Counted from the stretch's first letter, positions 27,684 to 37,548 are shown. The stretch: DNA of 64,000 nucleotides from a bacterium (GCA_016700035.1 CP064998.1:462790-526789); one strand, 5' to 3'. Notes: a model not told the origin generated them from the letters alone. Numbers and translations are program-made.

Positions 27684-28788
27684 TCATCGTTGCAATTAGA
27701 CTGGTGCCACCATAACTTATGAACGGGAGTGGAATGCCGGTTAGAGGAATAATACTAAGCATAGCCGAGATATTGACAAAAGCTTGAGTTAGAAGCCAGA
27801 CGGTTAGCCCAACGGCTACCATTCGACTAAACCGATCTGGTGCCATTTTAGCAATTCTAAAACCTCGCCAGCCAATTAAAGAGAATATGGCCACCACCCC
27901 CATAGTCCCCCATAGGCCAAATTGCTCGCCAATAATTGCATAGACTGAGTCATTGGTTGCTTCCGGTAGATAGCCATAAGACTGCAAGCTATTGCCTAGC
28001 CCTCGACCAATTAAACCGCCACTACCCAAGGCAATTAGCGCCTGATTAATGTGATAATCAGCTCCAGTCACATCGTCTTTATGATTCAAGAAAGTTGAAA
28101 GTCGAGCCAAACGATACGGAAACATCACAATTGTTAGAACAGCCGCCCCGATCATTGAGCCCAAACCTGCTCCAAAAATCCACAATGGTGCGTCCGACAC
28201 CAATAACACCGATAGAGCAATACTAATAATAACTATGCCTGTACCCAAATCGCGTTGCAGTACCACTACAAGTAAGAGAGTTATACCCAAGACAGCCAAA
28301 AATGGTAGTAGCCCTTTCGTAAAAGAACGTAAGCTATCGCGTCGATCCTCCAACCAGGCTGCCAAATAAAACACCAGTGAGAGCTTTAAAAACTCAGCCG
28401 GCTGAAAACTTAGGGTACCCAACTTAATCCAGCGACTCGCCCCGTTGACGTTAGCTGACAGGCCCGGCACAAATACCAACAACATTAAGACAAATGAAAC
28501 GATTAACATCGGCAGCGCCCACTTACGCCAGTGGCTGTAATGAATTCGTGAGGCAATAATCCAAAACACCACACCTAGTACCACACTCACTAACTGCTTT
28601 TGAAAAAATGAATTGCGATCACTGGCTCCACCGGTAATATTAAAATTCACAATTGATCCAGTGGAATAAATTACGATCATACCAATACCAACCAGCAACA
28701 GTACTAGTAAGCCGAACAAATAATCAGGACGGTGATGCGGGCGTTCACGGACTTCTTTTAAAAGACGTGATACTTTAACCACGGGCAA
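27544..28788 (-). CDS. ftsW: peptidoglycan glycosyltransferase FtsW (SEDS family)
   Basis: 10-TM SEDS protein with conserved motifs (GSGGLIGRGLGNS; PEATNDSVYAIIGEQFG). Confidence 0.85.
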   Translation of the reverse strand: MPVVKVSRLLKEVRERPHHRPDYLFGLLVLLLVGIGMIVIYSTGSIVNFNITGGASDRNSFFQKQLVSVVLGVVFWIIASRIHYSHWRKWALPMLIVSFVLMLLVFVPGLSANVNGASRWIKLGTLSFQPAEFLKLSLVFYLAAWLEDRRDSLRSFTKGLLPFLAVLGITLLLVVVLQRDLGTGIVIISIALSVLLVSDAPLWIFGAGLGSMIGAAVLTIVMFPYRLARLSTFLNHKDDVTGADYHINQALIALGSGGLIGRGLGNSLQSYGYLPEATNDSVYAIIGEQFGLWGTMGVVAIFSLIGWRGFRIAKMAPDRFSRMVAVGLTVWLLTQAFVNISAMLSIIPLTGIPLPFISYGGTSLIATMIGVGVLQNISRYTEREQSYADSRIGRRDRRSRHTGFGPVRGAQKTF

Positions 28789-29800
28789 TTAGCCCAATCA
28801 GTAGCCCCAAACACCCCATAATTGCGCCAATTATCCAGAGGCGCATCGTAACCTTTGTCTCCGGCCAACCGATTGCCTCTAAGTGGTGATGTAGTGGTGC
28901 CGAGCGAAATATTTTTCTGCCCAATACTTTTTTAGAAAAAATTTGCACAGCACTAGACCCAGCCTCTAACACAAACACCATCCCAATAATTGGCAATACA
29001 AAGACTGAATTAGTCAACATTGCGATAACACCCAGCGTGGCACCTAGCGCAGTTGATCCAACCTGCCCCATAAAAAATCGAGCCGGATAAATATTAAACC
29101 AAGTGTAGGCCAGCATGGCGCCGACAATGGTGGCACAGAATGCGGCTAAGGCATATAGGCCAGAAAAGAATGCAATAATTGCGTATGAACCATAAGCAAT
29201 GGAAAGCAATCCACCAGCCAGCCCATCCAAGCCATCAGTAATAGAGACAGATTTTGCCGTAGAAAATACTACCAAAATAAAGAGCGGTATGTATAACCAG
29301 CCGATTGAAAAATCTCCCACTGCTGGTACGTGCATCATGTTATAACCTAATTTTGTGTAAAACCACCAGGCACAAATAGCCGACAAGCTAATGAGGGCCA
29401 GGGCTTGAGTACGCGCCTTTAAGCCACCACTGCGATTAGCAAAGCCCAATATATTAGACAAATCATCAACTAAGCCCAGGGCGCCAAATAATGCCATGGC
29501 AGCCAACGGCAACCATGTCTCAGCTCGGTTCATATTAGTAGCCAACGTAATAATTGCAACCGAAATCAACACAATCGATCCGGCCATGGTTGGTATGTGA
29601 CGCTTATGCTTTTCAGCATGAAGCTTTGCAAAAACCTTAGCTTTTTCACCGGTTACTGTCTGAGTGCGCTGCTTGCGCCACCACTTATACTTAAAGGCTA
29701 AGGTTGTAAAAATAGGTGTTGCCACCATAGCCAGTACAAATCCAGCAAATGCGAACCCAAGTACTGGTAAAAGAAGATTGGTCATAGAATCAAATTGCAT
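28775..29800 (-). CDS. mraY: phospho-N-acetylmuramoyl-pentapeptide transferase
   Basis: Polytopic membrane protein with MraY motifs (TPTMGG-like PTMAGS; DD..D); sits between ftsI and ftsW. Confidence 0.85.
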   Translation of the reverse strand: MQFDSMTNLLLPVLGFAFAGFVLAMVATPIFTTLAFKYKWWRKQRTQTVTGEKAKVFAKLHAEKHKRHIPTMAGSIVLISVAIITLATNMNRAETWLPLAAMALFGALGLVDDLSNILGFANRSGGLKARTQALALISLSAICAWWFYTKLGYNMMHVPAVGDFSIGWLYIPLFILVVFSTAKSVSITDGLDGLAGGLLSIAYGSYAIIAFFSGLYALAAFCATIVGAMLAYTWFNIYPARFFMGQVGSTALGATLGVIAMLTNSVFVLPIIGMVFVLEAGSSAVQIFSKKVLGRKIFRSAPLHHHLEAIGWPETKVTMRLWIIGAIMGCLGLLIGLIARG

Positions 29801-29830
29801 GAGCTTACCTTTCGATCTCCCATTATAACA

Positions 29831-31561
29831 CTAGCTCCCCTCTGGAGGCACTTGATAGTAACTAAATAATTGTTTAGCCACCTCGGCAAAAGCTGGTACT
29901 GCACTGCGCTCGGCATAAGTGTTGGTTTGTGGATAATCAACCCGAACGAGCATAATAAATTTCGGATCCCCCACCGGTGCAAATCCGATGAAACTACCAA
30001 TATTTTTATTCTCCTCATAACCTTGTCCATTGGCTTTTGGTACCTGGGCTGTACCAGTCTTACCAGCAATCTTATACCCCGGCATCCGAGTAAGATATCC
30101 CGACCCACCTTCCACTACGCCAATCATCATATTTGCTACCGTGTCGGCAGTTTCCTTACTCATCACTCGATCGTTAGCAAAATTCTTATGTACTGTTTCT
30201 AGCTCACCATTGGCTAAGACCTTCTTAGCTAGGATATGTGGCTCCACTTTTACGCCACCATTAGCGATCGAAGACATAGCTGTAACCATCTGTAGGCTAG
30301 TAGTGGCAATACCCTGCCCAAATGTCATGTTGGCGTAATCAATATCAGCTGCCTTTGGATCCTTCACGCGGCCGGCCGCCTCGCCGGCAAGCTCAACGCC
30401 AGTCTTCTGCCCAAAGCCAAACTTCTGGATGCCGGCGTAAAGCATCTCCTTGCCGGCCCGAGTAATCTCATTCGGATTACCCCCCATCAGCTTTAAAATA
30501 TAAACCATTCCAGTATTGATAGAATTTTTAATAACTAATGCCATATCTACCTGGCCAAATTTTTTCTTATCAGCATTGTGGATAGTATACTCACCTATCA
30601 CCACTTCGCCAGTATCATTAAAACCAGTGTGCTGATCAACCTTTTTATTTTCAATACCAATCGACATAGTTAGTGGCTTGAAGCCAGAACCAGGCTCAAA
30701 CTGACTAGTAATTGCACTATTTAAAAAGCTAGCATAATTATCGGGTTTTACTTGAGTGTAATGGTTCGGATCATAATCTGGCGTATTTACCATAGCCTTA
30801 ATCGCTCCAGTGTGAGGATCCATGACAATAATGCTCCCACTAGCCGCCTTATTGTCGGAGACCGCTGTTTTGAGGGCTTTTTCGGCAATCCCCTGAATAT
30901 AGCGATCGACCGTCAATACATACGAGGTACCATTACGTGGCTCCTCAATGACATTATCCTGAGTTGAAAGAGGCACACCCTGACTATCAGTAATCGCTTT
31001 TAACATCCCATTACGTCCAGATAGATCGGCATTTAGATACTCCTCCAAGCCATACTGCCCCTTGCCATCATTATTTACGTAGCCTGTCAAATGCCCAAAT
31101 AACGCTCCTTCTGGATAAGATCGATAATCTCGATCGCGCAACACTACACCGCGTAGTCTTAGTTCGGCAATTTTCTTGGCCGTCTCCTTGTCAACTGCCT
31201 GTTTTAGCTCAACATAACGGTTTTTCCCGGTAAAAGTCAGGCTTTTCTCTAATGAAGCCTGGCCTAAGTCCAGGATTGGTGCGAGCTCGGTTGAGGCTTT
31301 GTCCGGATCTTCAATGAGCTGTGGATCGGCGTAGACATACTTAAGTGAATTATTGAGCGCAACCGGGTACAGCTCACCATTATCTTCAACGTATAGTTCG
31401 CCACGTTTTGCTGGAATCTCAAACTGGCGTGATTGCTGAGCCGAAGCTTTCTCAGCATAAAAACTGTGCTTTAAGACCTGCACCGTAACCAATCGGCCAA
31501 AAATAATCAGTACTGGCAACAAAAAGGCTGCCGCCAAAACATAGAGCCGGATATTACTCAT
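29831..31561 (-). CDS. ftsI: penicillin-binding protein (class B transpeptidase, FtsI-type)
   Basis: N-terminal anchor, transpeptidase motifs SGFKP (SxxK) and KTGTAQ (KTG). Confidence 0.85.
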   Translation of the reverse strand: MSNIRLYVLAAAFLLPVLIIFGRLVTVQVLKHSFYAEKASAQQSRQFEIPAKRGELYVEDNGELYPVALNNSLKYVYADPQLIEDPDKASTELAPILDLGQASLEKSLTFTGKNRYVELKQAVDKETAKKIAELRLRGVVLRDRDYRSYPEGALFGHLTGYVNNDGKGQYGLEEYLNADLSGRNGMLKAITDSQGVPLSTQDNVIEEPRNGTSYVLTVDRYIQGIAEKALKTAVSDNKAASGSIIVMDPHTGAIKAMVNTPDYDPNHYTQVKPDNYASFLNSAITSQFEPGSGFKPLTMSIGIENKKVDQHTGFNDTGEVVIGEYTIHNADKKKFGQVDMALVIKNSINTGMVYILKLMGGNPNEITRAGKEMLYAGIQKFGFGQKTGVELAGEAAGRVKDPKAADIDYANMTFGQGIATTSLQMVTAMSSIANGGVKVEPHILAKKVLANGELETVHKNFANDRVMSKETADTVANMMIGVVEGGSGYLTRMPGYKIAGKTGTAQVPKANGQGYEENKNIGSFIGFAPVGDPKFIMLVRVDYPQTNTYAERSAVPAFAEVAKQLFSYYQVPPEGS

Positions 31562-31629
31562 GCCATATACAACAGTTCGTTGTCGCCCGCCTTGCAGTCT
31601 AGCCTCCTACTTATTCTTGTTCTAAAATT

Positions 31630-31953
31630 CTAACGCTGTGCGTAACTTACATTTTGCACTGGTGTCATAGCTTGTGCAACCTGCGAATTGCGAGTTTCAC
31701 TAATTGATTGCAGGCGTGCTGCATCAATACGAAGCTGTTCTTTTTCCGCCTGTAAGGCAGTTCTTTTGGCATCGAGGGTGGATAGTCGATAATTAAGAGT
31801 TGTAGATTTGGATATCTGATTGAGATACAAAAGCGAAAGCAATACCACAAGAGCAATCAACATAAATGAAACAGATATCGGTCCAGCCTGTACGCGGGCT
31901 TCGACGCGAGTAAGATTTTGATTGCGCATTAATCGATATGTGCTTGGGTACAT
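31630..31953 (-). CDS. ftsL: cell division protein FtsL-like (single TM + coiled coil)
   Basis: 107 aa, one TM then heptad-rich region (LQAEKEQLRIDAARLQ); position between rsmH and ftsI. Confidence 0.55.
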   Translation of the reverse strand: MYPSTYRLMRNQNLTRVEARVQAGPISVSFMLIALVVLLSLLYLNQISKSTTLNYRLSTLDAKRTALQAEKEQLRIDAARLQSISETRNSQVAQAMTPVQNVSYAQR

Positions 31954-32122
31954 ACTTTCTCCTTTGTTTTGGTATATTTTTGTTTTTATTTTTGTTTTTT
32001 ATACACAAGTAACTACAGAAATTATTTTTTCTGCAAAATTACTTAATTACGCGAACCTTAAGTCGGGTAGCGCGTGGGCTCATATTTCGTACTGATACGG
32101 TCATTTGACCTCCTTTTTTGTG

Positions 32123-33031
32123 TTATTTTTTCTTTTCGACGACTCGGAGTTTTGCACTCCGGGCACGTGGATTGTAAGCAATTTCATTGTCGGCCGGAAT
32201 TATTGGCCTTTTGGTAACCAAGCGAAACTGTGATTCCTGTAATGCTTGTCCTGTAATAGTATCGCATAGATCGCGCGTAATGTCACGCATTTTTTGCTTA
32301 ATTATGCGATCTTCTAAAGAATGAAAGCTAATTACAGCTAAGCGCCCGCCGGGAGCCAAGGCCACCAAGGCGTAGTCGAGCATGCGCTCCAACATTACAA
32401 GTTCCTGGTTTACGACGATACGTAAGGCCTGAAAAGTCCGTGTAGCAGGATCAATTCGATGATAGCCACCTGGGAACTGAGCTCTCACCAACTCGGCCAG
32501 CTGAGTCGTGGTAGTTATTGGTCTGGTTGCACGCTCCATGATGATTGCTCGTGCAATTTGACGTGATTTTTTTTCTTCACCATAGCGCCAAATTAAATTA
32601 GCTAGATCCAGTTCGCTAATTTCAGCAATTAACTCAGCTGCTGTCTGCCCCCGGCTCTGATCCATTCGCATATCAAGGGGTGCATCATGCCGAAAAGAAA
32701 ATCCCCTGGTCGCATCATCTAACTGCACACTGCTTACTCCAATATCAGCCAAAATACAATCGGGTGACGATAGCGCACTCCAATCAAGCTCGGCAAAATT
32801 GGCTCGATAAATATGCACTCGTCGATCTGCGTGAAATTTTTCATACAATGCCTGCAGGGCGGCTTGATCTTGGTCAATCAAGTAGGCCGATCCATTACTG
32901 CCAAGCTTATCTAAAACAAGCTGAGCGTGTCCGCCAAAGCCAGCCGTTAGATCAACATAGGTTTCTCCGTTGGCTGGACGCAATGCATCTAAAACCTCTC
33001 GCTGTAATACAGGAATGTGTCGCTGTGTCAT
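32123..33031 (-). CDS. rsmH: 16S rRNA (cytosine1402-N4)-methyltransferase
   Basis: N-terminal HIPVL and SAM-binding DLTAGFGGH motifs. Confidence 0.9.
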   Translation of the reverse strand: MTQRHIPVLQREVLDALRPANGETYVDLTAGFGGHAQLVLDKLGSNGSAYLIDQDQAALQALYEKFHADRRVHIYRANFAELDWSALSSPDCILADIGVSSVQLDDATRGFSFRHDAPLDMRMDQSRGQTAAELIAEISELDLANLIWRYGEEKKSRQIARAIIMERATRPITTTTQLAELVRAQFPGGYHRIDPATRTFQALRIVVNQELVMLERMLDYALVALAPGGRLAVISFHSLEDRIIKQKMRDITRDLCDTITGQALQESQFRLVTKRPIIPADNEIAYNPRARSAKLRVVEKKK

Positions 33032-33345
33032 GCTGTCAAGGTTACCTATTTAGCAGCCAACTGTCTATATGTGTTTTTATTTTTGAAAGTTGTGAGGTGT
33101 ATTCCGCCTAAAGACGGATGTGGCAAGGACCAGTCATGTGATTAGTCCTTGTTTTGAACATTTTGTTCAAAGAGTTGAAAGTTTGTGAGGTGGAGTTTTT
33201 GAAAAACAAGAATGTACATGTCTCTATTTAGATACGCCGAGACGGTCTTTAAGCGCCGCTGACTGCCAAATAGCTAACCTGATTTTATTTTTATGTCTAT
33301 TTCAAAGTTCTGATTTGAGGGCTCTCAAATCCCCTCACCCAGCTA

Positions 33346-33696
33346 CTACTTCGCCATTAATCTGAAGTAGCGTCCGGCTCGCGTCGCAACAACATCGCGA
33401 CCAATGCCGGCATAAGCCAGATGATGGGGTTCGAGTGTGATCCGACCTTGCTTAGTATCAAGCGTGGTCTCAACTCTACCAGTCCGAAACTGAACATTTA
33501 AATCGGCTATTCTCTCATCGAGAATATCACCGCGCAATGCCTGTTCCATGTCCTGATCCCAAATCTTTTTAGGATACAAGTGAAGGTACTGTCCAAAACC
33601 GCGTGTAATTACCACTTCTCGTCCAAGCTCCTTATGTAGAGCGCTTGGAATAGTTAGGCGGTTTTTGGTGTCAAGGCGTCGTTCGAAATAATCCAT
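33346..33696 (-). CDS. mraZ: transcriptional regulator MraZ
   Basis: Two SpoVT/AbrB-like halves with DxxxR motifs (LDTKNRLTIP; LDTKQGRITL). Confidence 0.85.
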   Translation of the reverse strand: MDYFERRLDTKNRLTIPSALHKELGREVVITRGFGQYLHLYPKKIWDQDMEQALRGDILDERIADLNVQFRTGRVETTLDTKQGRITLEPHHLAYAGIGRDVVATRAGRYFRLMAK

Positions 33697-33735
33697 GGGT
33701 CCCGTTGCTTCTCCTCGTCAATGCGTCGTGTGTTT

Positions 33736-33788
33736 TACCCACACTTACCCACTACCATAACTATATTACCCACACTTACCCACGTCAA
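33736..33788 (-). promoter_or_regulatory. dcw promoter with MraZ operator: four GTGGG(TAA) boxes at 10/21/10-bp spacing overlapping TTGACG-17-TATAGT
   Basis: Minus strand reads TTGACG tGGGTAAGTGTGGGTAA TATAGT tatggtaGTGGGTAAGTGTGGGTAA; TGGGN direct repeats with 10-bp phasing are the known MraZ binding architecture. Confidence 0.6.
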
Positions 33789-33849
33789 CATATTTTAATA
33801 ACTTTTTTGATGTTATCCACAAGAATCTGTATACTTATACATAACTACT

Positions 33850-34365
33850 ATGCCAGCACACAAGAAACGCCGAAAGAAACAACAAATTACCTCGAGCTAC
33901 ATCCGGTCGAGTTTTTTTGGCGTAGAAGATAGTCTGGTCTCAACAACCGGCCTAATCGCTGGAATTTCTGCTGGCACTAGTGAAGTGAAGTTTATTCTCC
34001 TGGCAGGCTTCGTAGCGGTCGCTGTTGAGGCTATATCGATGGCGGCTGGCGAATTTTTATCTGAAGAAACTGAGCAAGATCTCAATCGCTCAAAGCGTCA
34101 CTCCAGCCCTATTATTGGTGGAATTATTATGTTCGTGTCATATGCAGTCGCCGGGATGATTCCGATCTTGCCAATCCTGTTTTTCCCCATCGATCAGGCT
34201 ATCTATGTCTCGATGATAGCCGCATTAGTCGGCCTATTTATACTTGGCCTCATTAAAGGCGCCCTAACTAAGCGACGCATTATAAGGAGTGGCATACAGG
34301 TCTTACTGGTTGGCGGTACGGCGGCAGCTATCGGATCTGCGGTTGGTATACTGTTTAAACAGTAG
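33850..34365 (+). CDS. VIT1/CCC1-family membrane protein (putative Fe/Mn transporter)
   Basis: Pattern GVEDSLVSTTGLIAG and 3-4 TM helices with acidic loop, K/R-rich N-terminus. Confidence 0.45.
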   Translation: MPAHKKRRKKQQITSSYIRSSFFGVEDSLVSTTGLIAGISAGTSEVKFILLAGFVAVAVEAISMAAGEFLSEETEQDLNRSKRHSSPIIGGIIMFVSYAVAGMIPILPILFFPIDQAIYVSMIAALVGLFILGLIKGALTKRRIIRSGIQVLLVGGTAAAIGSAVGILFKQ

Positions 34366-35736
34366 CTAATTTGCCCGATAAAACTTTTCGATATAAGCCG
34401 AAAGATCTTGAATTGCAATACGTTCTTGTTGCATACTATCGCGCTCACGTACAGTGACAGCCTGATCGTTGAGTGAGTCGAAGTCTACCGTCACACAGAG
34501 TGGCGTACCAATTTCATCCTGACGCCTATAGCGACGACCAATTGACTGAGTGTCATCATATTCACAGCGCCAATTTTCAGCAATATCGGCAAATATCTCT
34601 CGTGCCACCTCAGTAAGCTCTGACTTTTTGGAGAGCGGTAAAATTGCCACCTTAATAGGAGCGATGCTTGACTTCAGGTGCAACACTGTACGCACCTCAC
34701 CATTCACCTCTTCTTCATCATAGGCATCAGCTAGAGCAGCAATAAATAATCGCCCCACCCCCATAGAAGACTCAATAACATTTGGCACAAACCGCTCGCC
34801 GGTCTCTTGATTAAAATAAGTTAAGTCCTTACCACTGGCCGCAATGTGCGCCTTCAAATCATGGTCTGTGCGATCATGAATACCGGCTAGCTCTTTCGAG
34901 CCATGTGGGAAGTTAAAGTAGATATCATGAGCGGCCGCCGCATAATGCGCCCTCTCATCCTCGCCATGCTCATGCCAAGCTAAACTTTTTTCCTGTAATC
35001 CAACATCTTTAATGAGAAATTCACGTGTTTTAGCGCGCCAATTCTCATATTCTTTTTCACGATCTTCGGGTGCAATAAAATATTGCATCTCCATCTGCTC
35101 CAACTCGCGTACACGAAAAATAAAATCACGTGGAGTAATCTCATTCCGAAAAGCCTTGCCGATCTGAGCAATCCCAAACGGCAGTTTAGCTCGTGTGGTC
35201 TCGCGCACCGTTTCATAATTAACATAAATACCACCAGCCGTCTCAGGGCGCAAATAAGCCTTTGTTGAATCATCAACCACTGCACCGAGGTGAGTAGTCA
35301 GCATCATATTAAATTGACGCGGTGGAGTAAAAGTATCCTTCTTACCACAATTTGGGCAAGCCTTATTCTGGAGTAGCTTTGCCAACTCTTCGAGATTAGT
35401 GGTATCAACACCGGCAATGTGATCGGCTCGAAAACGATGCTTACAGGCCTTACAATCAATCATCGGATCAACAAAACCAGCCACATGACCGCTGGCCTCC
35501 CAGAGTTTTGGATGCTGAATAATAGCGCTATCAAGCCCATAGATATTTGTCTGACGATACACAAAGGCCCGCCACCAAGCTGATTTGAGATTATTAACTA
35601 GCTCCGCCCCATACGGGCCATAATCCCAAAATCCGGCTAGCCCCCCATAAATTTCACTGGCCTGAAAAACAAAGCCCCGCCGTTTTGCAAAGCTAGTAAT
35701 TTCTTCTAAATTGAGCCGTTCACGTTGACTTGCCAT
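34366..35736 (-). CDS. glyQS: glycyl-tRNA synthetase, alpha2 (eukaryal/archaeal-like) type
   Basis: Class II motifs, N-terminal FQASEIYGGLAGFWDYGPYG, Zn-like CxxC...CxxC insertion. Confidence 0.85.
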   Translation of the reverse strand: MASQRERLNLEEITSFAKRRGFVFQASEIYGGLAGFWDYGPYGAELVNNLKSAWWRAFVYRQTNIYGLDSAIIQHPKLWEASGHVAGFVDPMIDCKACKHRFRADHIAGVDTTNLEELAKLLQNKACPNCGKKDTFTPPRQFNMMLTTHLGAVVDDSTKAYLRPETAGGIYVNYETVRETTRAKLPFGIAQIGKAFRNEITPRDFIFRVRELEQMEMQYFIAPEDREKEYENWRAKTREFLIKDVGLQEKSLAWHEHGEDERAHYAAAAHDIYFNFPHGSKELAGIHDRTDHDLKAHIAASGKDLTYFNQETGERFVPNVIESSMGVGRLFIAALADAYDEEEVNGEVRTVLHLKSSIAPIKVAILPLSKKSELTEVAREIFADIAENWRCEYDDTQSIGRRYRRQDEIGTPLCVTVDFDSLNDQAVTVRERDSMQQERIAIQDLSAYIEKFYRAN

Positions 35737-35747
35737 AATGCGCCTTA

Positions 35748-36461
35748 TTATATCAGATTTTGACCTGATAGTGAGTAGGATTTCAGCTGATCAATACCAG
35801 TTTGCAAGCTCCAAAAGCGAGCTATGACTGATTCCAATTCCAAAAGCGATACGCTCAAACCTTTAACGCGAGCCAGATCCTCTACTGAATAATCACGACA
35901 AACTCGCCAGAGCTTAATTGCCCCCCCACTTAACTCGACCCCTCCAGAAGCTTCAAATGTACCATCTTGGAGATGTAAGCATCGCTTATCTAGATGTAGA
36001 GTTGGTGATAAGCCGTGACCCTGCAAGTTCTTTATCAACCCAGTAGTCCAAATTAGACGACGCGCTTGATCGTCTCCGACATGGTCAGCCAGGTAAGCTA
36101 AAGCCGATGACAAAAAATCATACCACTCAAGCTCCGGGCTATGTTCAGCAATGGTGCGTTCGGTAATCTCTAAAAGTCCCTGCGCCACAATTAGCGTATC
36201 GTAGTCGGTAATTATCGCCTCGTGTACAGCCAATAGGCTTGCTCCAGTTAGTACCGGTAAACTTTTAGCTTCCACGCAATTAAGCTGAACCTCCATGCCA
36301 GACTCCAACATGCCACGGAGTTTAGCTTGTGGCTTTCTAACTCCGCGAGCCACCACCGACTCACGGCCACGCTCGGCAAAAAATACTCGAATAATCCGAT
36401 CTGCCTCACCAATATCGCGACGCGATAAGATTATGGCTCGTCCTTGAAAATGCCCCCTCAT
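35748..36461 (-). CDS. recO: DNA repair protein RecO
   Basis: N-terminal OB fold (AIILSRRDIGEADRIIRVF) and C-terminal region; overlaps upstream RR gene by 4 nt. Confidence 0.7.
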   Translation of the reverse strand: MRGHFQGRAIILSRRDIGEADRIIRVFFAERGRESVVARGVRKPQAKLRGMLESGMEVQLNCVEAKSLPVLTGASLLAVHEAIITDYDTLIVAQGLLEITERTIAEHSPELEWYDFLSSALAYLADHVGDDQARRLIWTTGLIKNLQGHGLSPTLHLDKRCLHLQDGTFEASGGVELSGGAIKLWRVCRDYSVEDLARVKGLSVSLLELESVIARFWSLQTGIDQLKSYSLSGQNLI

Positions 36462-36841
36462 AAAAGTGCTAGGCTGTGGTCAATAGCTGCAACAAGATCT
36501 GCTGGAGTAGACTTCTGCTTAACTAAATATACCGAGACATTAAGTGACTGTTGCAAGCCCTGATATAGGCCAATATCAGCCGCTTCAAGTACTGTCAGCA
36601 AAATAATTGGCGTCTTATTACTGGCGGTGCGCACTCGAATATCCTTGAGGAGTTTAAGACCATTCCGGCCAGGCAAAAGTACCTCTGAGACAATAATATC
36701 AATCTCATTACAATCAAGCTTATCCATTGCCTCCGATGCCCCCGTGGCATGCACGACTTCATAGCCACCAGCCTCCAGTGTACGAGCGTATACCTGACGA
36801 AAAATCTCATCTTCATCAACTAGTAAAACTTGCTTTTTCAT
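36458..36841 (-). CDS. single-domain response regulator (CheY-like receiver)
   Basis: Receiver motifs VLLVDED ... IDIIVSEVLLPGRNG ... K. Confidence 0.75.
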   Translation of the reverse strand: MKKQVLLVDEDEIFRQVYARTLEAGGYEVVHATGASEAMDKLDCNEIDIIVSEVLLPGRNGLKLLKDIRVRTASNKTPIILLTVLEAADIGLYQGLQQSLNVSVYLVKQKSTPADLVAAIDHSLALL

Positions 36842-36868
36842 AACCCTATTGTATCACCCATCAGACTA

Positions 36869-37486
36869 CTAACTTAGAGGTATTTTCATCTGTCGAATAA
36901 TTTGAAAATGTAAGTATACCACCCCTGCCGCGACGACCATACGCATCATCGCAGTATCACAGCGTCGAGCCAGTAAATAACCTCGTATCGATACTAAAGA
37001 CGGCTGTCGTGTAACCCGTAATAACATACTGCGACTAGATGCAATGGCCAGCTCTTCCGGTATACTATAACTCCCTCCATAACGCATCACCAGCTCATCA
37101 TCACGGGGGCGAAATTCCAAAGTTAACCTCTCGGCATCTAAAAGCTCCAATAAATTTCCTATGACCCTCAGTTGTTCTTCGGCCACGCCAGCGACACGTG
37201 GTAGTCGTTTTTGTCGTTGCCAGGCTATTCCGGGTAATTCTTCCAGCCTTGCCTTTATCAGCTCCAAGTTATGGCTATATATATTCGTTTTAGTAGACGC
37301 CAAACTAGTGTCTAGGTAAAGTTCTTGGGCGACCTCTGCTAGGTATATGTAGCGCTCAGTAGCTTTCAGCACTAACCGACCATCACCAAGCTGATGTGCA
37401 GCCTTTATGGCCTCTATTCCCGACCGTAATTGAGACGAAATATAGCCAGCCATTACTCGCCTAGCGGTCTCTTGCTCACCCCTCAT
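36869..37486 (-). CDS. hypothetical protein (205 aa); weak HPt-like AHQLGDG segment
   Basis: No firm motif; AHxLxG resembles HPt phospho-His motif; precedes single-domain RR in same operon. Confidence 0.3.
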   Translation of the reverse strand: MRGEQETARRVMAGYISSQLRSGIEAIKAAHQLGDGRLVLKATERYIYLAEVAQELYLDTSLASTKTNIYSHNLELIKARLEELPGIAWQRQKRLPRVAGVAEEQLRVIGNLLELLDAERLTLEFRPRDDELVMRYGGSYSIPEELAIASSRSMLLRVTRQPSLVSIRGYLLARRCDTAMMRMVVAAGVVYLHFQIIRQMKIPLS

Positions 37487-37548
37487 ATATATTCCAGCTT
37501 ACCTGCACTACATAATCTACAGCAAGCATAAGCAACTTTTAATGTTGG

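Noticed and set aside
32039-32104. 21-aa micro-ORF (MTVSVRNMSPRATRLKVRVIK) with GGAGG upstream, between rsmH and ftsL
   Set aside because: SD-to-ATG spacing is only ~4 nt and the sequence is too short to evaluate. It could equally be the ftsL leader. Not called.
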